Below, one piece after another: positions 17,742 through 24,643 of a stretch of 64,000 nt of DNA; the stretch's first letter is position 1; each line of letters begins with the position of its first letter. Source of the DNA: Clostridia bacterium. GTDB taxonomy: Bacteria > Bacillota > Clostridia > Oscillospirales > CAG-272. The notes under the pieces are model-generated. The model was given only the letters and a program-made list of their open reading frames with translations. It did no database searches and was not told the origin of the DNA. The position numbers were made by a program, and so were the translations under genes. The stretch lies in assembly GCA_017631855.1 (NCBI GenBank), contig JAGBSP010000064.1, forward strand, positions 7,809 to 71,808, given 5' to 3'.

Positions 17742-18392
17742 TTAGAACGACTGAATATTATCGTAAATATAATGACTCAGTTTGCTCTTAAGATAGTTTC
17801 TGTTCTTTACGATGTAATCTCTGACATATTTCAAATTGAGAGGCTGAGACGCTTTCATTTGACGAAGATTGCTTGCCACTTCCAAATCGTTGTTCATCTC
17901 CAACGCAACGCAAATAAATTCCACCGTTTCGTCCGACGCAAGCTCAAAGCATTTCCAGCCCTGTTCTGCATCCTTTTCTGCCAGATCGTACAAAAGCTTG
18001 TACGCAACGGCAGGCTTATAAACGTCCTGCATATTCAGATAAGGATCATCCAATGCGCGATCGGTCCAAAGCTTTCCTTCGGTGGGAGCATACATCGCCA
18101 AAAAGCGGTTCATTCTTCCGTTAATCGTCTGGAAGGTCAGCTTCTGTACGGGGATGTTGCGCTTGGTCTGACTATCATACAAAAAGTAGTTGGGCGCTCC
18201 GCCGATTTCCATCCAACCAAAGAATACGAGCTCTACCGCAATCGCAAGGCAAAGAGCCGCAATCACAAACACCATCACCTTGATCAAGGTTGCGTTGATC
18301 GCAAAAATACCAACAAACAAGAGTGCAATCGCAGCAATTGCAAAAACAATAGCAGCAATTCCAAAGCCAAACTTCAATTTGTTCTGATTCAT
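17742..18392 (-). CDS. hypothetical membrane-anchored protein
   Basis: 216 aa. The N-terminal hydrophobic segments (GFGIAAIVFAIAAIALLFVGIFAI, VMVFVIAALCLAIAVELVFFGW) are followed by a roughly 150-aa soluble domain. RBS AAGAGGTG. No family recognised. Confidence 0.75.
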   Translation of the reverse strand: MNQNKLKFGFGIAAIVFAIAAIALLFVGIFAINATLIKVMVFVIAALCLAIAVELVFFGWMEIGGAPNYFLYDSQTKRNIPVQKLTFQTINGRMNRFLAMYAPTEGKLWTDRALDDPYLNMQDVYKPAVAYKLLYDLAEKDAEQGWKCFELASDETVEFICVALEMNNDLEVASNLRQMKASQPLNLKYVRDYIVKNRNYLKSKLSHYIYDNIQSF

Positions 18393-18431
18393 GTAACACC
18401 TCTTAAATTATTAAAGAAAATTATTGATATT

Positions 18432-18460
18432 ATTATATCATAAGAAACGACCATTGTCAA
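18432..18460 (-). promoter_or_regulatory. consensus sigma-A promoter
   Basis: On the minus strand: TTGACA (18455-18460), 17-nt spacer, TATAAT (18432-18437). Both hexamers are perfect consensus. Confidence 0.65.
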
Positions 18461-18504
18461 TTATTTTTCTTCATCTTTTATTATTTTTGGTTACTAAAAC
18501 CGTG

Positions 18505-20445
18505 TTATTTTTTCAATAATCGATGATAATAAATGATCGGGATGGCACTCCAACCGTGACAAAGGCTACCGGCATTGTGAAAATCTTCTGCGCCCTTGAG
18601 GGTTTCCCAGAACGACGTTGCTCCTTGATTGAGCATATATGCGTAGTTTTTATCAATTTCGTTCAACACGTTCTCTGCATACTTTTCCTCGTTCACCATC
18701 AGAAGCGCATCGTATTTAAATGCTTTCATACTGAGCGTTGCGGGAACAAGGTCATTCGCGGAAGAAAGAACCTCGCAAATCTTCTCTGCGACGCCGCTCG
18801 GTGCCGCACCGCAAAGGATTGCGTAGGCATTACCAAGCTCGGAGCAGCTCTCTTTTTCGGCTTGCGTCAAATATAAGCCCTGCGCTTCGGAATAAAAGAC
18901 CTCGTGAATTCTTTTGTTTATCACTTGGGCAAGTGAAGCATACGATGCCGACTCTTCCGATTTTCCAAGCTTTTCTGCAAAATACGCCATCGCTTGCACA
19001 CTCATAGAGAGCTGTGCGTTCAGAACAATTTCAAACTCCTTATTCTGCTCTGCCTTTGGATATCCGTCCAGAGTAGGACTCCATTCGTAGAAATTCCAAT
19101 AGGTTTTGAGATCCTCATAGAAATTGGGAACCAGTCCGTTTTCCATACGGTCGGTAAACGCCTTTACCAGCGCCTGCATCCGCTCATAAAAGCGCTCTGC
19201 CAATGCAAGGTCGCCCGAACGCTCAACGTATTCCTTCATCTGCATCGGATAAACCAGAGAGAAGTACGGAATAACGTAATTGAAGTTCGAGGGCGAACAG
19301 ATGTGCGTCATATTGTCATCTCTTTGATCCAAGCCGAACAGTATCAGGCTTGCTTTTGCAAATTCGTATTCCTCAAAGCCGTCATAGCAACAAAGCATCT
19401 GATTTCGGCTGTCAACGCCGTAAAGCGACTGCTCTCTCCAAGGACAGTCCTCATAGTGCTCGTACATACAAAGACGAAGGGTACGAACCGAAATATCATA
19501 AATCCGCTGGCGCAGAGGATTGCCTGCATCAAACGGAAGAACGTTGACGGGATATTCCACGGGATAGAGTCCGATATAGTCGATCTCCACCTTGGCGTCG
19601 CTGATGATCTGGAAATAGCGTCCGCCCAAGCGACGCATATGGTTGGCAAACTCAAACCATTCACCGTTGGCGATAAGCTCTATGGAAAAGTCGCGCGTTT
19701 TGATGATCTGAGGAACCACCTCGGAGCCGTCCTCTGCCGTCACAAGATGCTCGCCGTAAGCAACCGTCACCTTAGCGCCCTTCTCCGCGCGGAACCGAAT
19801 GCCGAGATGACCGACCGTTTCTTCACCAATATCGTAAATCTGCTTGGCGGAATCCACGAGAACCGCATTTGCAAACGGCTTCAGAACCGTTTTTTTGAGC
19901 GGTCTTGCGTGAAGCTCCTCGGGGCGTCCCTCCACCTCGATGGCGGACTGATAATCCTGCGCGGAAAAGTCCTTGTTGTAGAAGCCGTCATAACCGTTTG
20001 CGTCGTACGTATAGGAAAATCCAAGCTGTTGGGTGATCTGCTTCTGACGTCCCGATACGTAATCGGTTGCCACTCGACACAACGTGTTTTTATCGGAGGC
20101 GGTAAGAATTCGATCCCCCTCGGAAATCTCATAGATCACTCCGGGCAGACCTTTGTAGTAAGTAAAGAAATCATTGGAACCGTAATACCAAACGAGCAGC
20201 TGAAGTTGATTTTCTCCTTCGCGACAGAATTTGGTAATATCTACACGGTCAAATACCTTGTAATACGGATAATCGGAAAACTGCCCAAATGCGGCGAGCA
20301 CTCCGTTGACGTAAAGCTCGTAATTACTGTCACAGGAAATATCAATCGAAACCGATTTTCCGGTAGTATGGAAAGTCTGATAAAAACGAACGAACTCGTC
20401 CGCACGGTCGTCGTTGTGTGCCCAGATCCACTTTGCTTGTTTCAT
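18505..20445 (-). CDS. GH78-like glycoside hydrolase (alpha-L-rhamnosidase family), cytoplasmic
   Basis: N-terminus AKWIWAH...YELYVNG and C-terminal six-hairpin region TSFWETL...GSLCHGWSAIP resemble bacterial alpha-L-rhamnosidases. 646 aa, no signal peptide. Confidence 0.6.
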   Translation of the reverse strand: MKQAKWIWAHNDDRADEFVRFYQTFHTTGKSVSIDISCDSNYELYVNGVLAAFGQFSDYPYYKVFDRVDITKFCREGENQLQLLVWYYGSNDFFTYYKGLPGVIYEISEGDRILTASDKNTLCRVATDYVSGRQKQITQQLGFSYTYDANGYDGFYNKDFSAQDYQSAIEVEGRPEELHARPLKKTVLKPFANAVLVDSAKQIYDIGEETVGHLGIRFRAEKGAKVTVAYGEHLVTAEDGSEVVPQIIKTRDFSIELIANGEWFEFANHMRRLGGRYFQIISDAKVEIDYIGLYPVEYPVNVLPFDAGNPLRQRIYDISVRTLRLCMYEHYEDCPWREQSLYGVDSRNQMLCCYDGFEEYEFAKASLILFGLDQRDDNMTHICSPSNFNYVIPYFSLVYPMQMKEYVERSGDLALAERFYERMQALVKAFTDRMENGLVPNFYEDLKTYWNFYEWSPTLDGYPKAEQNKEFEIVLNAQLSMSVQAMAYFAEKLGKSEESASYASLAQVINKRIHEVFYSEAQGLYLTQAEKESCSELGNAYAILCGAAPSGVAEKICEVLSSANDLVPATLSMKAFKYDALLMVNEEKYAENVLNEIDKNYAYMLNQGATSFWETLKGAEDFHNAGSLCHGWSAIPIIYYHRLLKK

Positions 20446-20560
20446 TTTAAACTCCTTAGGATTTCATAAAATATCATCATTAAAATTATACTTGATTTCC
20501 ATTCAAAAGTCAATAAAATATCATAAATAAAGAAAAAAAGATAAAAAAGAAATAAAAAAA

Positions 20561-20583
20561 GACAAAGCGCTTTGCGCTTTGTC
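20561..20583 (-). terminator. rho-independent terminator after the SGNH hydrolase gene
   Basis: GACAAAGCG pairs with CGCTTTGTC around a 5-nt loop. On the minus strand it is followed by TTTTTTTATTTC. Confidence 0.7.
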
Positions 20584-20591
20584 TTTTGGGA

Positions 20592-21320
20592 TTAGTTTTC
20601 GAATACCGTCTCGACAAGAGAGTGGGCAAACAGCCAATGCAGATCGCGAATCGGGTGGTTGAGAAGATTTGCCAAAAGCTCGGTCGTATCGACTCCGTTT
20701 TCCGCCATCTTCTTCCACTTTGCGTAGCAGTCGCAAACGACAACATCATTGGCAAGAGCTACTTCTTTTGCCTTTGCCATATATGCATCCATCACGCCCT
20801 CATTCTGCAGCTTTGCCAGACGCTCGGAAAGATTGATAAAGGCATCCGAATTCTTGAAGCGGCGGCTACTGTAGCTATTGATCATATTGGGCGTCATAAA
20901 GATGCATTCAGCACCCGTCGCCTTGATCTTCTTGAAAATCTCGCCAAGACGCTCGCCGTAGCCGTCAAGCTCGGGAGTTCCCTTCGTTACGTCGTTGAGT
21001 CCAAAGCAACAAATGACAAGATCGGGCTGATAGCGAAGCACGTCGAAATCGATTCGTTCGATTGCTTTCTTCGTAGAATCTCCGCTGATACCGCTATTGA
21101 TCAGATTGATTTGCGCTCTGGGATAAAGCGTCTGCAAAATCTGAACGAATTTTCTCGAATAGCATTCTTTCGTATCAAATTCGGTATGAATTCCATCGTT
21201 TCGATCGGCATAGCATTCAAAGCATCCCTGCGTAACGCTATCACCAAATGCCACGATCGTTACTGCCGACTCGGTATAAAAGGTCGTTTGTCTTTCTGCC
21301 AGCTTTTTTAAAAATTTCAT
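20592..21320 (-). CDS. SGNH/GDSL-family hydrolase
   Basis: IVAFGDSVTQG block I motif, GLND block, and a C-terminal DxxH-like LNHP; 242 aa. The equally long plus-strand ORF is antisense noise. Confidence 0.8.
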   Translation of the reverse strand: MKFLKKLAERQTTFYTESAVTIVAFGDSVTQGCFECYADRNDGIHTEFDTKECYSRKFVQILQTLYPRAQINLINSGISGDSTKKAIERIDFDVLRYQPDLVICCFGLNDVTKGTPELDGYGERLGEIFKKIKATGAECIFMTPNMINSYSSRRFKNSDAFINLSERLAKLQNEGVMDAYMAKAKEVALANDVVVCDCYAKWKKMAENGVDTTELLANLLNHPIRDLHWLFAHSLVETVFEN

Positions 21321-21360
21321 TACAACTTCCTCTTCATAGTTTTGATATTTCTGTTGCTCT

Positions 21361-21390
21361 ATTATAACACAATTTTCTTTCTTTTGTCAA
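21361..21390 (-). promoter_or_regulatory. sigma-A promoter of the SGNH hydrolase gene
   Basis: On the minus strand: TTGACA (21385-21390), 18-nt spacer ending in TGT, TATAAT (21361-21366). Confidence 0.55.
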
Positions 21391-21448
21391 TAATAATCTC
21401 GGATTTCAAGAGATTTTTAAATTAAAAGCATAAAATATCAAAAAAAGA

Positions 21449-21477
21449 TTGAAAAAAGGAAATAAGTGTGATATAAT
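21449..21477 (+). promoter_or_regulatory. sigma-A promoter of the DtxR-family gene
   Basis: TTGAAA (21449-21454), 17-nt spacer, TATAAT (21472-21477). Confidence 0.55.
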
Positions 21478-21520
21478 ATGAAAAAGTAGTATTGTAAAAC
21501 AAAAAGTGAGGATGGAAACT

Positions 21521-21925
21521 GTGAAAATTCAAGAATCTGCAGAAAACTATTTGGAAACCATCTTAGTCTTACAAAAAAGAAACGGTCAAGTTCGTTCCAT
21601 TGATATTGCCAACGAGCTGGAATTTACCAAGCCAAGCATCAGCGTTGCGATGAAAAATCTTCGTCAAAGCGGACTGATCGATATGGATCAAAACGGCTAT
21701 ATTACGCTCCTCGACGAAGGTAGAGAAATTGCCGAAAAAATCTACGAGCGGCACACGATACTGACGAATTGGCTCATTAAGCTCGGCGTTTCGCCCGAGG
21801 TTGCCGACGAAGATGCTTGCAAGATCGAGCACGTGCTCAGCACCGAAAGCTTCCTTGCCATCAAAAAAGAAGCTTCGTCCGAAAAAAAACAGTCCCGTTC
21901 TTCTCTTCCTAGCCACCTGCTTTGA
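21521..21925 (+). CDS. mntR: DtxR/MntR-family metal-dependent transcriptional regulator
   Basis: SAENYLETILVL...VRSIDIANELEFTKPSISVAMKNL winged-HTH, then the ERHTILTNWL dimerisation helix. GTG 21521 has GAGGA 8 nt upstream. Alternative starts are 21506 (track) and ATG 21512. Confidence 0.8.
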   Translation: MKIQESAENYLETILVLQKRNGQVRSIDIANELEFTKPSISVAMKNLRQSGLIDMDQNGYITLLDEGREIAEKIYERHTILTNWLIKLGVSPEVADEDACKIEHVLSTESFLAIKKEASSEKKQSRSSLPSHLL

Positions 21926-21940
21926 TTTTAAAATATATAA

Positions 21941-21970
21941 AAATCCCGTGTTCCGAGAAACACGGGATTT
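21941..21970. terminator. bidirectional rho-independent terminator
   Basis: AAATCCCGTGTT (21941-21952), loop CCGAGA, AACACGGGATTT (21959-21970). It is flanked by an A-run and a T-run and sits between convergent genes. Confidence 0.75.
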
Positions 21971-21976
21971 TTTTGT

Positions 21977-22342
21977 TTATCTTTTGATAATTTTTGCTCC
22001 AAACGGAAAAAATGCAAGCTTCATCATTTTAAAGCATTGCAGACCGTTGGGAATACCAATGATGGTGATACAGTTTATCAATCCGAATATTAAGTATGCA
22101 ATTGCCATTCCCCATCCGCCGATGAAGAGCCAAATCAGGTTTGCAATTGGATGCTCTGAAAAATTTGACGATACCTTTTTTCCAAACGGAAAGAAGGAAA
22201 GATTTGCTGCCTTAAAGCACTGAAGAGCAAGAGGAAATCCAATAACCGTAATACAAAGGATCAAGCCTGCACAACACCATAAAAGTCCGAGAATCAATCC
22301 TCCGAATAAAAACCAGATAACATTTGCAATTGTGCGAATCAT
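21977..22342 (-). CDS. yccF: YccF-domain inner membrane protein
   Basis: Duplicated motif NVIWFLFGG...CITVIGFPLALQCFK and NLIWLFIGGW...CITIIGIPNGLQCFK; 121 aa. Confidence 0.85.
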   Translation of the reverse strand: MIRTIANVIWFLFGGLILGLLWCCAGLILCITVIGFPLALQCFKAANLSFFPFGKKVSSNFSEHPIANLIWLFIGGWGMAIAYLIFGLINCITIIGIPNGLQCFKMMKLAFFPFGAKIIKR

Positions 22343-22364
22343 AATTTTTTCCTTTGGGATGATG

Positions 22365-22712
22365 TTATTTTCTATAATAGACGTAATACGCTATCACCGT
22401 ACGAATCTCTCCGCCGTGCTCAAGATCTGGGCCAGTTAATACCACGCCGTCCTTTGAGAGGAGCTCCCAGATTTGGAGCTCCTCAATTTTTGCGCGAAAG
22501 AGGACGTCTGCCGAAGCATATAGAAGCATCTCATCTCCACGAATATTCAATCCGCCGCTTCGACCGATCACCTCGTCAACGCCGTTCTTTTTCTCGGTCA
22601 CGTAACGAATATGCTTGTTGTTAATCGATCGTGCCATATCCCATCGAAATTGCTTGCTGTCCGGATTTTTACTTTTTGTGAGTTTTTTAATCGTTTTTTT
22701 TATGAATCCCAT
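22365..22712 (-). CDS. hypothetical protein
   Basis: 115 aa. ATG 22712 is preceded by AAAGGAGAA (8-nt spacer) and overlaps the last 26 nt of the GH13 gene. No family recognised. Confidence 0.65.
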   Translation of the reverse strand: MGFIKKTIKKLTKSKNPDSKQFRWDMARSINNKHIRYVTEKKNGVDEVIGRSGGLNIRGDEMLLYASADVLFRAKIEELQIWELLSKDGVVLTGPDLEHGGEIRTVIAYYVYYRK

Positions 22713-24627
22713 CCGAGGTCTTCTCCTTTTTCGTCATTTGTTTTACAATCAACACGCTGTTTGCGGGAACAACTCCAAGATATTCCTGCTCGGACAAAAG
22801 CTCTATGCTTCCCGTCGGCAACTCAAAGAAATGCTCCTCGTACGTTCGGTTGACAAGTATCGTGATTTTTTCTTCATTCTTTGTACGAGTATACGCCAAA
22901 AAACCGCCATCCGCTTGATTGATATAAAAATCTCCACAGTCAAACGCGGAATGGTTGCTTCTGATATCTCCAAGTCTTCGATAAAAGTTCAAAAGCTCCG
23001 CATTTTCTTTGCCCCAAGGATAAGTTCGTCGGCAGAACGGGTCGTGGTAGCCTTCTATTCCCGCTTCATCTCCATAGAACACGGACGGAACACCGTACAC
23101 GGTATATTGAATGGCAGCGGCAATTTTTAAAAGTGCCACACCTCTCTGATATTGTTCTTTGTTCAATCGTTTGGTAGATAGGATTTCGTTGCTTTCTTCC
23201 CAATTGCGATCATTTCCTTCTCCGAGCACCGTTAAAATCCGCTCGGTATCGTGTGTACCAAGCAAATTCATCAAAGAATCGCAAACGGCTCTGGGATAGG
23301 TGGCATAGATTTCTTTTAAAATATCCGCTAAAAATACGGCATCTCCATCCAGCAAAAAGGACAAAATTCCGTTTCTCAACGGATAGTTCATCACACTGTC
23401 GAGCTGATTGCCTCCAAAATATCTACGTCGACGTCCGTAAGCTTCTTTCAATGCGGCATTTTCCCACACTTCTCCGATGATAATTCCCTGACCGTTCGAA
23501 GCATTTTTTACCGTACGACGCAGCTGATCCAAAAATTCATCCAAAAGCTCGTCCGCAACATCAAGACGCCAGCCGTCAATGCCCATTTTGATATAGTGCT
23601 CCGCGACACCGCCGCGCCCTGATAAAAAGTCGCAGCATTCCTTATTATGAAGATTGAGTTTGGGAAGAATTTCAATCCCCCACCACGTTTCATATTTGTC
23701 AGTCCCCGCTTGCCAGCAATACCAGTCGCGGTACGGAGAATCGTGATTTCCGTAAGCACCATTGCCTCCGTATTCGCTAAAGCGGTCAAAATAGCGGCTG
23801 TTGTTTCCCGTATGATTAAAAACGCCGTCTAAAATAATACGAATATCAGCTTCTCTGGCACATCTTAATAAATGCCGAAACGCCTCTTCCCCACCGAACA
23901 TTCCGTCGATTTCAAGATAATCGCCCGTATCGTATTTGTGATTGGAATAAGCACGGAAAATTGGACTGAGATAGAGAATGCCAACCCCCAAAGATTTCAG
24001 ATAGGGAATCTTTTCGGCAATTCCCCACAGGTTTCCACCAAAGAACATATTATTCGCAAGTGAATCTCCGTTTTGTTCAGCATACTGCGGAATTCCGTTT
24101 TCCCAATCCTTATTGAGAATCACATCATCTCGCGTGGTAACTGCTCCTTCTCCTCGGCAAAAACGATCGACAAATACGTGGTACATGATCCGTCCACTAA
24201 ACCACGCAGGAACACTGTAATCCGAACGGTAGACCGAAAGAGCAAAGCGCTGTTCCGAATGAGATTGCAACGTAAAATCGACCTGATTATGCGTTGAGGT
24301 AAATAAGGTATCAAAGCCTCGCAAAAATAAAAGTTCGTAAAAGAAAAGTCCCTGCTCTTCTTTCCCACAAAGCTCTTTACAAGAAAGAGAAAGCCGATAT
24401 TCGTCAATCCCCTCACTGGTTTTTGTAAAAAGAAAAGGAAAATCCCTATCTTGCTCCCCATCCTTACAAATACGGAGCACTACCGCAGAAGCTCCCAACT
24501 TTCTTGGGGCTTCTACGGTAAAGTCAATGATCTCGTCGACAGAAAACGCGCCCCGTTCGGTCGCATCGTTTCCGTCAACGCTTTTCAAAATTCTCGGCAT
24601 AGCCGATACGGTAAGTTTCGTAAGCAT
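22687..24627 (-). CDS. GH13 alpha-amylase-family enzyme (neopullulanase / debranching-type)
   Basis: All four GH13 regions are present: DGVFNHTG, GIDGWRLDVADEL, IIGEVWE, LLGTHDTER. 646 aa with an N-terminal extension of about 150 aa. Confidence 0.85.
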   Translation of the reverse strand: MLTKLTVSAMPRILKSVDGNDATERGAFSVDEIIDFTVEAPRKLGASAVVLRICKDGEQDRDFPFLFTKTSEGIDEYRLSLSCKELCGKEEQGLFFYELLFLRGFDTLFTSTHNQVDFTLQSHSEQRFALSVYRSDYSVPAWFSGRIMYHVFVDRFCRGEGAVTTRDDVILNKDWENGIPQYAEQNGDSLANNMFFGGNLWGIAEKIPYLKSLGVGILYLSPIFRAYSNHKYDTGDYLEIDGMFGGEEAFRHLLRCAREADIRIILDGVFNHTGNNSRYFDRFSEYGGNGAYGNHDSPYRDWYCWQAGTDKYETWWGIEILPKLNLHNKECCDFLSGRGGVAEHYIKMGIDGWRLDVADELLDEFLDQLRRTVKNASNGQGIIIGEVWENAALKEAYGRRRRYFGGNQLDSVMNYPLRNGILSFLLDGDAVFLADILKEIYATYPRAVCDSLMNLLGTHDTERILTVLGEGNDRNWEESNEILSTKRLNKEQYQRGVALLKIAAAIQYTVYGVPSVFYGDEAGIEGYHDPFCRRTYPWGKENAELLNFYRRLGDIRSNHSAFDCGDFYINQADGGFLAYTRTKNEEKITILVNRTYEEHFFELPTGSIELLSEQEYLGVVPANSVLIVKQMTKKEKTSDGIHKKND

Positions 24628-24643
24628 TCAATTATCCTTGTTT

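Noticed and set aside
17530-17742. A 70-aa aromatic- and Cys-rich ORF (MFLYKYHAIYGAWYLCFSCTAENLAFWGKLCL...). Its ATG overlaps the stop of the membrane-protein gene in a TAATG. It sits just upstream of the HprK-like/PqqD/peptidase cassette and so is tempting as a RiPP precursor.
   Set aside because: - There is no in-frame stop until 17530, so 41 of its codons overlap, out of frame, the well-formed N-terminus of the HprK-like protein (MFDIRIANIHIRID...).
- Its first codons lie inside the 17702-17727 hairpin, and it has no separate RBS.
- It is most likely an artefact. It would be worth reconsidering only if ribosome profiling or peptide MS shows a product.
17706-18443. A 245-aa plus-strand ORF opposite the 216-aa membrane protein.
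   Set aside because: The minus-strand frame has clear TM helices, a consensus promoter and an RBS. The plus frame is His/Arg/Lys-rich noise.
18994-20469. A 491-aa plus-strand ORF.
   Set aside because: It is antisense to the GH78-like gene, and it has no recognisable motifs, RBS or promoter. It is a typical long shadow ORF.
20586-21311. A 241-aa plus-strand ORF nearly coextensive with the SGNH hydrolase gene.
   Set aside because: The minus-strand frame has the GDS(V) block, a promoter, an RBS and a terminator. The plus-strand frame has none of these.
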